Origin: Raillietiella orientalis
Lineage: Eukaryota
NCBI GenBank assembly: GCA_036172245.1
Contig: JAYWIR010000023.1
Coordinates: forward strand, 1,984,001 to 2,048,000
Direction of reading: 5' to 3'
DNA length: 64,000 nucleotides
In this document: piece by piece, positions 22,597-35,570 of the stretch
Layout: each line of letters begins with the position of its first letter
Position numbering within the stretch: position 1 is the first letter of the stretch
Made by a program: the position numbers and the translations under genes
The notes under the pieces: model-generated
The model's input: the letters and a program-made list of their open reading frames with translations, nothing else
Told to the model about the DNA's origin: nothing
The model's database searches: none

Positions 22597-23520
22597 TTTA
22601 TTCTGCAACTGGCTGCGACACGAGTGTCCCACTCGGGGTCGCAGCCAGTTGTCCATGAACCCAGAATGTTCTTTGCTGCAGTGCAGCAGGCGGCTTTCCA
22701 ACCTTTTCGAATTTCGACTGTCCCTTATTTCCCTTAGGAAAGGAAAGGGAAGCCAGCGAGACTCACAGCATCTTGCGTGGGTTGCTAACGATCTCCTGCA
22801 GAGACTGACGAGCGATTCCGCCACTCTGCAGACAGGCGAACTCCGCCTCCCTCCTCCCGTTGATCTTCCTCCACGCGTCATCAACTGACTCCGGCAGCGC
22901 AGTTCTCGGGGACGCAGGGGATTCATGCGTTCTCTCTCACCGAGGTAACCATGTAGTGGAGTTGATACCCACGCTGAGTGAGAATTCGTTAGCTCACGAC
23001 GAAGACCGACGTGAGTCCCTCGCAGTGCTGATTGCGCGCTTGGTGAAGAGACGTGCTGGCGCGCACCAAGGTGTCGTCCATGACTTCGGGGGAGTCTTGT
23101 GAATTGGAGTCGACACTCCATCCCCTCCAGATTCAGGAGTCCCAGTCCACCATCTCGACACGAAGCACACAAGTCTTTTAATTGGATCCTGAACCTCCCT
23201 GTGGTCCATAGGGCTTTTCAGAAGAGGGTCTTCGGTCCGCTTCCAGATAGCAAAAGGGGCAAGGCAAACAAAAAGCCCAGGGTGGAGGAGAGGTGCCGCG
23301 AACAAGTTCCAAACGGGTTCGTTCTGAAAAGCAAAAATTGCCGCTGTGGAATGGGCCAAGAGCTATCTCTACTCATTGGAGAAGGCCGGAATCGTTGGGT
23401 AACATCGGTCGACTCTTTTTTCGCTCCCGCGGGCACGAGTGGTTATCCGCGAAAACGTCCCAGGTCCCTTGGTCCTCTGGCTAACCAAGTTGTCGGCGTG
23501 CACTGACGCGAACAGCTCAA
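22597..23520 (-). mobile_element. Tx1/L1-family LINE (copy D): internally deleted 3' portion with a 3' UTR hairpin
   Basis: HADNL (YADD-like), VWNLFAAPLLHPGLFVC, CASCRDGGLGLLNLE, C-terminus SAEW...QEIVSNPRKML*; hairpin at 22606-22651 followed by AATAAA at 22602-22597. Confidence 0.75.
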
Positions 23521-25399
23521 TGACCTGCAGCTGCTGACCTACTCCCTACCTTCATTTGACGTCAGACAGTACTGTTGAAGTTTCCTGTTGTCAGATGAGC
23601 TACGCGGATTCTGAATGAACCATTGGCTTAAAAGCACACCAAGCGTATCTGTCATGTCCGATCCGCGGCATCTTAGCATTTCATTGTCAAGGGGTTGAAG
23701 CAGTCGTGAGCTCTTGAGACCCAGTTGGCCAACGCGATCAGCTCCCATTGAATCGACCTCTGCGCAACGCCTCTTCTACGCTCGCCTTTGCAAGAAGGAC
23801 AGCTTAAGCAGTGACTTAGTGCCAGTGTGTCCCCGTGTCGTGCTGAATGTGTCGCTTCCTCCTCCGAGTAGACTCTCAAGATCCTTCTGGAGAAGCACGG
23901 GATCGAACGAGAGAGGGGAGAGGGTGGTGGTCCCAGCCAGCTTCGCGTCGTCACTGCCGTTCCGAAAGGTTGCACGGAGGTGAAGGGAAGCAGTAGATGA
24001 ATACACAAATAATAAATAGGTTGGGAGGAAGCTCCAGAGTTTGTTGAGGATCCTACTCTGGTTCATGTGCAGGAAATACCTAGGCGACCGCAGACAGAAA
24101 ACAGTTCACAGGACTCAGAGAACCTTGAGAAGAGAAGACATGTTCCGGCATACATGATAAGAACTGGATCCTGACGACTTGATAGTTCAAGGGAAACCGG
24201 TAGGCGAGTCCAGCGATGGATGAAGACTTCTACCGGAGCACGATCACCAGAAGGGATCTAATGAAAAGAGGCGCTCGTGGATAGACGAGACAATGTAGAT
24301 GACATCAAATCTTCAAATAGAAAATGACATCTGAGGTTGAGTGCAAAATTTTTTTCCACAAAAAGAGTGAAAAATCCACCCGATAGAAGGGCTATCCTAG
24401 CAGAAAGACTAATCCGGAGTAAATTTTGCAGAGAAACATCTTTCCTTAAGGATTAAAAAACAGTGCACAGGAGCTGCAATGCAATAAAAGTATAATGACC
24501 GGGAATGAAAACTGTGGTAATATTGGGAGGCGGCCACGACTGGGGTTGATAATAGAAAGAAGGGTGTGCTCTCAGGAGTTTTGTGCAAATGCGAGCCGTG
24601 TTGGCAGTGTCAACAGCGGGCTGATGGCCCGGGATCGCAATTTAGGTGGATGTGGAAGGGACTGATTAATCCACCTCTTGGAGGATTCGCATGTGTAGGT
24701 GGTGGTGGAAATCATAATCTCGAGGTGGACAGCTGCAGGTTTGCTCTGGGTTGTCCTCCTAGGAAACAACAGACTCAGAAAGTATTTTCCCATCCAAGCT
24801 GGTGCAGTTTCGAAGAGTAAGAGTATTTTCTAAGGCCGAATGGATTCTAATAAATAGCCATATGAGGAGATTGGTATAACCAAAACAAAGAATGCCACCT
24901 ACCCAGCCGGGCAGCCAGCGAATGCTCATTTCAAGGAATGCTCAAGAGGATGTCTGGGTCCTCAGACCTCATTAGACGCAACTTCGTGAAGATCATAAAG
25001 ATTATGTTCTTTTTATTCTGTTTAATCCCTTGATCCCTTTGATCTATGAACAGAGTCCATAACAAATGACATCCTGTCTTGCGGTCACGGAGGAAGACGC
25101 ATTTAGAAGAATGAGAGCAAAAGAGCAAATCGCCTTGAATCTCATAAATTCAGTTTCATCAAGTCAAGGAAGCCTTGCATTTAATTCTCCAGTATTGCGA
25201 AAGGAAGTTTTCAGGTCGCCTTTCGATGGCAATCCTTGCCAAGGAGAGCATCAGCAGTAGGTCGCAGGCAGCAACAAATGGCTTTCCCGAATCGAACGAG
25301 GCTGCTAGGATGAGAGTGATCGAGGTGGAAGGCAACTATTGAAACTGTTCTTGGATCGGAAAACGTGCCGATGTTGTCGGAACCGGTCGATTGCAGACA

Positions 25400-25900
25400 G
25401 ATGCTGAGGAGAGGCAGGATGTGGAACCTTTTCGGTCTAAAGTCTGGTGGTTTATTTTCCATGCCACTCTCGATACGGAGATGGAATATGGCTCTTTGGA
25501 AAAGAGAGTGCGCTAGGCTTGTTGCATATAGAAGCATGGAAGGAGGGGCGACGCTTCCTGAAGAGCGGCACACCCTCGGTCTTTCGTTTCCAGAAACTTT
25601 ACCCATTAGGTAATCTCGCTGTTGGAACCATCTTTGGCTTCCAGAAACGAAACGTGCCGCCATGATGGAAAGGGCAGAGTGGAAAGAGAAAAGGGACAGG
25701 GCACTCTGATGATTCTCAGAGGAAAAATAGAAGTCGGCGGCGTCACCTCTCCAGTTATACTCCTGGGATCGATCCGTAGGATTGCTGACCGTCAGCAGCC
25801 TCTTAGAGAGCTGGACTCTCAGCAATCCTCCCTGTCAGTGGACCCAAAAAGTGCCTTTAGGGAGTGCGCACCAAGATGAACGCTATCGTGGGGAATGCTT
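25400..25900 (+). mobile_element. Degenerate L1/Tx1-type ORF2 C-terminal fragment
   Basis: RSKVWWFIFHATLDT resembles the W..H..L.T motif preceding the zinc finger; remainder is decayed. Confidence 0.3.
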
Positions 25901-26029
25901 ACTCGATAAAGGGGTTTTGTAACCCCCCTGGAACTCTGTGTCAAGAAAGTCGAGGGTTAACACGAACGAGTTGAGCGATCTGGGCTCCGTCCTCAAACGT
26001 TGGGAGAAGCCGTGCTAATTCACCTAAGT

Positions 26030-26255
26030 GCGTTCTGGGTGCTGTCCGAGGTCAAGGACAACGCCGACTCAGCACGACCGACTTCTGCGGTCAGTCCTTC
26101 GGACTCAAATCCAACCCTGACTTTGCTTTGGAATGTCTACAGACCTCACCGAGGGACTGCAAGCGAAGCCCTCAAGGAAGTGATCTCGTAGGACAACCAA
26201 AAAAAAAGCGACCACGATCGTTGAAAAAGTATTGTGGAATAAGGGTAGAAGGATC
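26030..26255 (+). repeat. Dispersed repeat of 28395-28620 (RLE retrotransposon nuclease fragment)
   Basis: Shared TCAAGGACAACGCCGACTCAGCACGA...ACAGACCTCACCGAGGGA...AGCGACCACGATC. Confidence 0.7.
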
Positions 26256-27832
26256 CAGAAAATTAATGAATGGTCAGTTCTTAGTTCTCTCCTTTGGAAA
26301 AAGAGTCTACTGTGATGAGAAAGAATAGAAGAGCAGCATGCCGTCGAGGGCTGCCTTTTCTCCCAAGATTCCAGAATGCAGGATGCAGGGCTGTTCCAGG
26401 ACAGATTCCCTCGGTTCCAGCATTCTCCCGTCTCCGGAGGCATTGTCCAGCTCTCACCAAAACTGAAGCTTCCGAGTGACATCACGTGGAAAGAGCTTGG
26501 TCACACGGTGCAGCGTCAGGAGGGAAGGCAGACCAACCACACTAGAGGGTCTCGCCCAATCACTGTGCTGTGCAAGCTCGTCTCAGGACTCCCGAGCGAC
26601 CGAACGCCGGGAAAAGGTGGTTGCTTCGGGCAGTGGGAATTCGGCAGCAGGCGCCTCTGCGAACGAGATGGAAGTGCTCTTTTTTATGTTGCTAGCTGGG
26701 AGTTGGCTTATGAAGAAAGCTGGTATCAAGGCTGCGTGGGAGGCTGCAAGAGAGGACGGCTGATTCCCAAGAATAGGTCTACTGGAATAAGCAAAGAAAC
26801 AATAAGGAACGTCACGGTCACTGTACACACAAAAAAGTCTGCTCCTGTAGGTCGAGGAAGATTCTGTTTCTCACAGATAGTGGGAGCAGCCTGGCAAGAG
26901 AGAAGGAACGAGAATGGCCAGCACCCGCGGTGTCTCGTTAGTGGGGTGCGTGGTAGAGCTCCATTCAAATCAAGGGCACCCCTACTCAGAAAATTCCTCT
27001 TTGCCGGCACCGTGAGAATAGAGAGAGAGGAGGAGAGAGTGGTTCTGAAGCCGCGTTCACGAGATGCAAAGTGCAGGAGGTTAGCTTGCCCCTCCCTGCG
27101 GCAACTGCGATCACCGGAAACAATTCGGGAAGGGAAGGTCGGCATACTGGATCAACGGGGATCGCCGTGAACGAGCAAGGGTCCCGGAAGAAGGCCTCTT
27201 TTGTGATTTTCGCTTTCCGAACGATGCTGAGAGAGATGAATCGGAAACCTAGGAGCTGATGACTCTCATGGATCAATGGGGATCAGGGAACGACGATCTT
27301 GAGCACGGCAAGCTCGAGGATGGCGCTGGGGATTCTCTCTGCGTCTCAAGGGGGGAGGGGGGAGAGAGAGATGGGTTGATAATAGGCTTATTGATCGGAC
27401 AGAGTCCGTTGAGACATCTAATGAGATGAATATCCTGGTAAGAGCATTTGAGGGTTGAACTAGAGGAGTGGGAAAAAAGGATGGCGCCAGTCGGATGGGA
27501 GCCAGCTCAGGTGGAGAACAGAGTGCCACATGTAACGAGATGGATTACTGCGAGTTCATCATCTCGTGAGAAACCTTCGGTGGTGATTCAAATGAGGAAG
27601 GGCGCTTCGGGAACGTGGATGGCCTTGGGATGATAAACATTTCCAGAATTCCTGCAGTAGCGGAAGAGCGCGATTGAAGTTACATTGGGAAGAGAGCAGC
27701 TGATAGAGTTCCATTATGTGATAAACCAGAAAAACGGAAGAAGAAGAATCTGGGTTAGCAGACAAAGAGTAAAGGGACTCTCAGCGTATGGCGAGCACGT
27801 GCGTTGCTCCGCTGACGAAATTACTGGAAGTT

Positions 27833-27892
27833 GAAAAACAAACAAGCAAACCAAAAACAAACAAACAAACAAAAAACAAAGCAAAACAGAAA
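27833..27892 (+). repeat. Imperfect (AAAC)n microsatellite
   Basis: aaaaacaaacaagcaaaccaaaaacaaacaaacaaacaaaaaacaaagc. Confidence 0.8.
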
Positions 27893-28069
27893 CGTCTGGG
27901 AAAGGAAAAAATGAGAGGACTGTTCTCCACGAGGTTAAAGAACGGTGAATAGACCATAAGATGGAAGTAAACTCAGGATCAAAAGGCAGGAAATAAAATT
28001 CCGAGAGGGAAGATTCAAGATGAGGGAAACGAAAAAGATCGATCGGTTTGCTGAGAGAGATGGAAGGTC

Positions 28070-28620
28070 TGGAATAGGTTATACCCTGCACTGGACAAGG
28101 CACTGGGAATCGGCTCATTTTCTGTTCCATGATGGGAAAGACCCTCCTATCGCAAGTTGGTCTGCAGCGGCGCTGCTAAATTCGACACCCGTGCAGGAAA
28201 CGCCCACGTGTTGGAGGTGTGTAGGTGTGCACCTGTGCAAGGTGACCACATCCTCCACCACCGCACCCCCTGGAACGAGAGAGGAGAATCTACTGGAGGC
28301 GCGACGAAGTGGTGGCCCAGTTTCATCCGTTCCCGGAACAGGGTCTGAACTGCGACCTCGTACGGTACTCCACAGAGTTCATCATAAGTGAGTTCAACTC
28401 TGTCTGCTGTCCTAGATCAAGGACAACGCCGACTCAGCACGATCAACTTCTGCGGGCGGTCCTTCGGACTTGGCTCCTACCCGACTTTGTTTTGGGATGT
28501 CCACAGACCTCACCGAGGGATTGGAAACGAAGCTCTCAAGGCAGCGATCTCGTATGATGACCAGAAAGAGCGACCACGATCACTGAAGGAGCATTCTGGA
28601 AGAAGGATAGAAGGGAAGAC
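28070..28620 (+). mobile_element. RLE-type (NeSL/R2-group) non-LTR retrotransposon fragment: zinc knuckle and PD nuclease region
   Basis: HWESAHFLFHDG, LLNSTPV...CWRC, LLPDFVL; the first part is the reverse complement of a diverged relative of 34320-34600 and 49370-49650. Confidence 0.7.
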
Positions 28621-30915
28621 GGAACGCTGCACTCAGGTTGGACGATGTCTGCTCCTAGGAATCTCCTGCTGAAGCGCCGGGGAAGGGGGAGAAAGGAAAG
28701 TCCGGAGGAAAGGCTCTCCGCTTCGCGACAGAGGAGTCACGAAGTCATCAGCATCAGCCCGAGCTGTCACACGATGCTGCCATGAGCCGGTCAACATCGC
28801 ATGTCCGCACGCTTTGTGGTCAGGTGGTGCTCTAGGGAGGCAGAAGGTGAACGGAAAATTCTTGACGTCGCTTGCCCCCTCCACAAGTCACCAGTCCAAC
28901 AACTGAATGAGTAGGCAAGGCAACGCAGGGAGAGCAAATGCCGAGGATCGGATCTCCATGGCGCCGTCGGCACGAGTGATGGTTGTAGGCTCGTGGAGTT
29001 CCGGAGAAAAACAGAACAACGGAGAACCCAAGATCCCATCGGAGACGGCAGAGCACATCAGGAGACCGAGAGTATTTCCGAGCACGCAACACTACTGGGA
29101 CATGTACTGGAACCCTGCCGCAGCTTCTCCAGGAGAAGATGAAGAGGCAAGATTGGTTGCGCAAAAGCTGCATCTCTGATATCCTTCGTAGTTAACAATA
29201 GCAAGAAGAAACCGAGGTCTTGGGTACTTGAATCGAACCAGAATTGCTTTAACAGAACATGAACTCGTCTTCAAAAAGCTTCACTGTTTTGCTGAGGGGA
29301 CCTCTACAGAGTCAAAGTAAAGATTACATAGGCGTCTTTTCCAAAGTTATTCGAAGCCACAGAATTCGTGAAAGCGTAACATAGGCGCCGAATATGTCTT
29401 GTGCTGACATTCATCACACAAGTGATTTGCAGAGGTTCCTTCATCTTGATGCGATTGCATGAAGTGACACTGGTCAGGGATGACGTTCTGCTCCGCGTCG
29501 GGAAGACAACCGTGGATCCTGCTCTTTCTGTTCTGAGTTTGATTGCTTCCGTGAGGTGCATTTTCCGTGCTTGTAGCGATTTGCAGTGTTTCGGAGGAAG
29601 AAGCAAGAAGACAACAGGCTCCACGTTGTGATGATCGAATTTTGCCGGTGTTCTGTATCCGTGGGAAGCTTCTCTGCACAACAGTCAACTGCAGGTTCAG
29701 AGTTTCCTGTGATGACACAGACAATTCGTATAAATGCAAAATTGCTTAATTCGATTACGTCACCAGAATGATCTTCACACCCAGAGCCTCCTAAGAGCGT
29801 GTCAGACAAAAGTTGCATCTCATTTAAAATCTGACGACGAAAAATTATGTTAATCGTGTGCGCACAAAGAGCAACCGAAAACTTCAAAAGCACCGCCTTC
29901 ATTTGGAGCAACACAAAGAGTGTGCACAAAGGAGCTCTCGGGAATGGAAACCATGCGAGCAGTTTTCGTGTGCCGAGTATTGGAGCTCTTTTCTAGCGTT
30001 CTTATGAATGGTTGGAAGATCAAGTCTTCCACCATGAAGCTCCGTTGTTATCTGAGAGAATGAGATCACGTGAAACAAGAACAGCTGAACACGGAGAATG
30101 GGATCCTTCAGGAATTCGTTCAATAGCCAAAAGTCTCTGATTTGAGGCGGTGGAAGTATACGAAGTAAAACTGCCACGTTGCAGAAGCCACCAACTCCTC
30201 AAAAAACCGTTTCCCAATTTCAACTTCAGTCAAATGTTTGTGCAATATCTGGTCTACTGTGAGATCCCTGCAACGAATTCACCAAGCCCTGGAACTTTGC
30301 GATCACACCTCTTATAATGCTGATGTCGATGGTTCATGGATAATGTCTGGATAAGTCTATCCATGCCTGACTGATGGTGATTATGACTTACGGGGAGTGG
30401 CTTGAGAAAAGATCGTCATTTCTCATCTCTCCAGATTGCGTTGAGGAAGCAGTTTGTCCACTGTTAGGAATTCCTGTTGTGGTGGTCCTTGAGCGGCTCA
30501 TTCATGACATGAGACGTCTTGAAGAGGAAAGGTTCAATTCTTCAGTTTCTGGTGTTCAAAACATTTGCACGGTATGCAGCAGTTCTGCTTCTGCATCCAT
30601 GGCTAGATGCTAGCACAGGCAACGAATTTTTGCCGAGGACACCCGAGCAAAAATTCCAACCCCCAGGATTTGGATTGCAAGTTCCAAAATTGGAACTTAC
30701 AATCCATACAGCATATCTTTCTGCACTCTCCATTAGCAACTTTTGCGTAACCCTCAGGCTGTATTTGCACATAGAGAGAATCTTCAAGTTTTGCATTCCT
30801 CTCTTATAAATCATTTCGAGTCGTCGTCCCTTTGGTAGCATGGGTAATCAGAAAGAGCATTTCGAGGTAGCAGTGGCAGTATTACAGCTGCCTAAGAACT
30901 CATCACGGACTAGAA

Positions 30916-31294
30916 CATTGGTTTCCCAAACTTATTTGGCCTCCCGCCCCTTTTTCAGATAAAAAAATACTCAGCGCCCCCCCTGAAAATGCACGTTCTT
31001 CAAGTGAACAAACAGAAAGATGCAGTGACAAATTTGCGTTATTTTATATATCTGTATTTCGATCTACGTTCTTTCTACAACATAGTAAGAAGAGAAGTTG
31101 CAAAGAAAACATGTTGAAGCTTGAATTATTAATTGAAATCGACCATAGTGACATTCGCATCACACACAGAAAATTACTATTTTTATTCAACGCCCCCCAA
31201 TTGCACTTGAGGCTACTGTCGCTTTCCCACCCTTCTTCCCCAGAATCGTTCCAATGTCTACCAGGGAGCGGCATCACCACTTCGGAAAGCACTG
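30916..31294. mobile_element. Non-autonomous hAT (Charlie/Buster-type) DNA transposon / MITE
   Basis: Imperfect TIRs CATTGGTTTCCCAAACT and (reverse complement) CAGTGCTTTCCGAAGT; flanks GACTAGAA and GACT-GA fit a decayed nnnTAnnn 8-bp TSD. Confidence 0.6.
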
Positions 31295-31404
31295 GACTGA
31301 TTCAGACGATTCTTGAATAAATACGAGTAAGGTATGGACTTTGATAGAAGCTATTCGGAGTTGTATTTTGATAGAAGCCTATTACAACACCTGCATTGGC
31401 GCAT

Positions 31405-33062
31405 TTCTAGGAATTAGTCGACAAAGCCGGCCTATCCATCAGCCCGGCGAAATGCGCCTCGATATACTACAGAGGCCGAACCCCAATGGCATAAGGGAGA
31501 TGGACATCCCGGTTAATGAAGGGAAAATCCCTTGTACTGCCTTATCACAGGCATACAAATACTTGGCAAACCCTTCGGTATGAAGGTATTCAACATACAA
31601 CCAACCAAGGAAGACATCTTCCAGAAAGCGGATGCCATACTTGAGAGCGAACTCTCAGGATGGCAGAAAATGGATGCAATGAAAACCTTCTTCTGTCCCA
31701 GCCTAGTTCACTCCCAACTCACCTGAAGGAGGAATGGCAGTATGTCGACGAGCAAGTAAGGAAGAAGTTAAAGAAGGTCCTTCACCTTTTATCCTGGGCA
31801 GCTAACGAGTATCTGTACGGAGAGAGAACGAAAGGCTGCCTAGGACTAATGAAGCTGGCTCAAGAGTCCGATACCTTCATCGTGGACAGCTGCTTCAAAC
31901 TGCTTACGTCGGCAGACAAAGCAGTAAGTAAACTTGCAAAAACAACCCTGCATGAAATCGTCCAAACACGGATCCAAGAAGCCCCGACAGATGAAAATCT
32001 CGGGGAATTCATGACGGGCAAGAAGATCACAAAGTTCAGATGGGATATTGAGAGTCTCTGGTCGAAAGGCAGGAAGGCCTCTAGAAGAATAGAAGCCCGC
32101 TGGGAGTTTCGACAAGGAGAACCCAGTACCACGGTGGACGGAACACTCTTCACCAGCAGTGCAAGACGGCTCGCCTCCGGCGTAAGAGCATTGCAGCGAG
32201 AACACGCATGGCAATCCTTCATTGAAAACCACGTTAGTCAAGGGAAGGCCATGCAGTGCGTGGGCATGCATCACTCTTCAAGCTTTTTCCATACAAACGG
32301 AATCCACCTAAGATACCAAGACTACAGGGTTCATCCATGCGGCAAGACTGAACCTTCTGCCACTAAACGCGGGACCAACGAAGAAGGTTCATGAAAGGAT
32401 ATGTCGGCGTTGCGGAATCGAGGATGAGACTTTATCACACGTGCTCAACAGATGTAAAAAGCACGCGCCTCTGACGATGCAGCGTCGTGATGCCATCCTG
32501 GAAATTATCAAGAAGGCCGCAATGGATGAAGCCAAGTGGACTCTGGTATCGAGTAATCGCAGATTGCCAGGAACCACCTCCACCCTAAAACCAGACCTGG
32601 TTTTAGAGAAAAGCGATCGAATAGGTGTTCTGGACATCTCCTGCCTGGACATTTGAAAACGGAAAGGAGGCGTTCAACCACATCTAGGAAAATAAAGGAT
32701 GCCAGATACCATGATGTCGCCATGCAACTCGGAAACACTGGGAAAATAACCAAAGTGCGGGCGATCCTTATCGGTCCACTTGGAGCATGGGATCCTGAAA
32801 ACGACAACGTCCTAGGAATTCCAAAGAAGAAGCTGATCAGCCTACGACAGCGGATGGTAGCCACCTGCATCCGCTTCTCAAGTAGCACCTATGCACTACA
32901 TGTGAGAAGAAAAAATGCAGCCTAATCAGATGATTTGGACAATAATCTCACCCCGGAGGAAAGCGCCGAGGGACCGGAAAGAACACGGAGGAAACATTCG
33001 TGAAAGATTATCCAGAGCCATTGCAGCAACAGTTATTGTAATAACCCAAATGCTCAATAAAA
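31405..33062 (+). mobile_element. 5'-truncated NeSL/Utopia-like RLE non-LTR retrotransposon (RT end, thumb, CCHC, RLE, 3' UTR)
   Basis: GLSISPAKC, YKYLA, LSGWQKMDAMKTF, YLYG..KGCLG, QGKAM, AARLNLLPL, CRRCGIEDETLSHVLNRC, KPDLV...LDI, IGPLGAWDPEND; AATAAA at 33056-33061. Frameshifted. Confidence 0.88.
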
Positions 33063-33865
33063 TTCAGTGTAGAATGTGGCGATGACGTATCTCACTTTAA
33101 TGATGTTTTACGTTTCATGATGACGTGTCGAAGTTTCATCCTTGGATGGTGACAGTCCAAGAATGGAACGTAATGCTTGGCGCACAACTCTTCCAAAGGT
33201 TTTATTTGTACTTCCTTTGTATTTCTGAAGTATTTTATTTCCAGCTTGTGGTGCTCTTCCAGGATGTAAAGTAGCTCGCATGTCTTGGAAATTGGAACAA
33301 AATTAGTTTCCATGTAGCTGTAAGATTATGTTCACACTTTTCGTGGATGATCCAAACTCAATTCGCATCCATGTTGCAATGCGTTCGATAAATGTCATCC
33401 GAGGAGAATTGTATCGGAACGCGAAAATTTTTTTCTCTTTAGTTTTTGATCTCTCGCATCGATCGAGAATAATGGAAATTTCATTTCCATCATGCAGATG
33501 GGACGATTTCTGATTTATTTTGCGTGAGCACATACAGCAAAGCAGCAAAGTTCAGAACCAACAGCTGTAACTGATTGGTCGCAAAGCAAGGAATTTGGCT
33601 TCTCAGTACAAACTGCCTTCATCTTATCCCTCCAGTCAAGTACCAATGAATACTGTATAATGAAAGGAACTTTAGATTGACGTCGCTGCTACTTTTCTAA
33701 ATTTCTGATAATGGTCAACTTGCTCCACTGAAGGAATGGCGGCCTTCCAAGGCACACCTGTCTCTGAAAACCAAAACACTGTCCGTCCACGTCTCTAAAC
33801 CGATTTCCGTCAACACAGCCAGGGATCCTTTCAGAATGATGCTGACACACCATGAATTCCTAGCC

Positions 33866-34657
33866 ACACATTTATGAGTTGTTGGATTTTCCAAATGGTG
33901 TCGCGGGGAATACATCCAGTGATCAGAGAATGCTCCATCATCTTCAGCGTCTGGCTGTCCTCTCCTTTCCACCCTCCACTCGCGGCTGCGGTCACACGAC
34001 GAGTCTTTCACCCACACCGGTGGGGTGTCAACCTGTGCCTTGAGTGGATTTCCTCGGAAAGGCGCGTGCTGGCATCCACCCATTCCCTTCCACTCCTCAG
34101 TTTCTCTAGCACTTCCTCGTCGGTCGGATTCCATATTCCCTGAGATCCTAGGACATTCAAGGACAGCATCTCTGGCGGACGAAGGTGCCTGTTTATCACG
34201 AATCGGTTGGGATCCCCTCCTCTGAACTTCCCCCTCTCCCCTTTCCTCGGTGCCTCAACAGGAGAATCGTAGGAGCAGGCGACGTCCATTCTGAGAGCAG
34301 CCTTCCCGTCTCCGTGGAGCGGGGCCGCACGAGATCACGGTTCGGATGTGTTCCAGGAACGGATGGAACCGGACCACCACTTCGTCGCGTCTCCAGATGA
34401 TCCTCCTCTCTCGTTCCAGGTGGTGCTGTGCTGGAGGATGTGGTCACTTCCACAGGTGCACACACACGTCCATCACGTGGGCGTTGTGTGCACGGATGTG
34501 GAATTGAGCCGCGCCGCGCGGACCGACTTGCGATCGGAGGGTCTTGAATTTCCGCCATGGAACAGGAAACGAGCCGATTCCCGATGCGTTGTCGCATTCA
34601 GGACAATGGCGCTTCCTTGGATCCCGGATGCTTTTCAATGAGGGAAAGCCATGCTTC
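33866..34657 (-). mobile_element. RLE retrotransposon 3' portion, near-identical to 48917-49709
   Basis: QGSA...SARFLFHG...AARLN, RDLV...MDVACSYD, VLGSQGIWNPTDEEVL; directly alignable ~790-bp repeat. Confidence 0.8.
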
Positions 34658-35570
34658 CACTCCTTCCTTGCTAAGAGATGGAATAACTGAAATATTTGTT
34701 CTGATGATCTGAAAGCTTTGCTTCCTCCACGACAATCTATTGTTCTGATTGGCTACTTCGTAATCTTTAGGCTCAATGGTGACTGCAGTTTTCTGACTCA
34801 ATCCTCAATTACAGGTTGAATATGGTCAGAATGACCATACAGAGCACTACTTCAGCATCCGAGGATGTGAAATCCAAGGGGGGGGGAAAAAAAACACTAC
34901 AGCTGCCTTCCGAAGGAGCGCGAGCATTTCGACTGCACCTCTGGAGGATGTCTTCTGTATTTTTCCAGGATACCTCAGCAAATGTTACGCTAAAGCCTTT
35001 AAAGATAACTGATGATAAAAAGAAGCACAAATACGGCAACAATATTTAAATGAGACTAATGAAACAAGAACAACAACAAAAAGATAGGGTTTCTTTGCTG
35101 CAGGCTAGGACCGAAGCCAAGGGAGTGAAGGTTGGGTAGGCGCGAATCGGGGAGGAAAACGAATCGAGCGATAAATAAACGAGACTATGGCTTTGGATGT
35201 ATCCCCTCTCAAAGATCCTGGATAAGGAGAGGAGGAGAGGATGTATCAGGGTGAGGGTGATCAGGTGTTCCTTCTGCGATGAGCTTCGCGTCCCTTTCGA
35301 ATGCTGAAGAAAGGTGTAGGCATTTGGATGCATGAGATGCTACATGCGATTGGAGGCGATGCGGCGAAACTTCTCTTTGAGTCAACGGAATGTCTGGCAA
35401 GCAGCAGCAGTTGTGACAGCAAGGCGTTTGGTAACCGTCGCCGCAGTGGCGAAGAACCCTTCCTAAGATTTGGAGATGCATTAAGGTCCAAGGGAAGGAT
35501 GATATACAACTCTCTCATCTTGTTCTCAATTTTTTTAGTTACCTTTTTTACCCGGTCGTGTTGGGGCGTT

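Noticed and set aside
24100..24900. Gypsy RNase H end (DYDF..TY) remnant
   Set aside because: One degenerate motif across a frameshift, with no supporting domains recognised.
26500..27300. 264-aa plus-strand ORF as a gene or LINE thumb
   Set aside because: Only a vague resemblance to a LINE thumb; no diagnostic motif.
29200..30620. Decayed NLR/LRR-like gene on minus
   Set aside because: Coding-like composition but no motif I can identify reliably.
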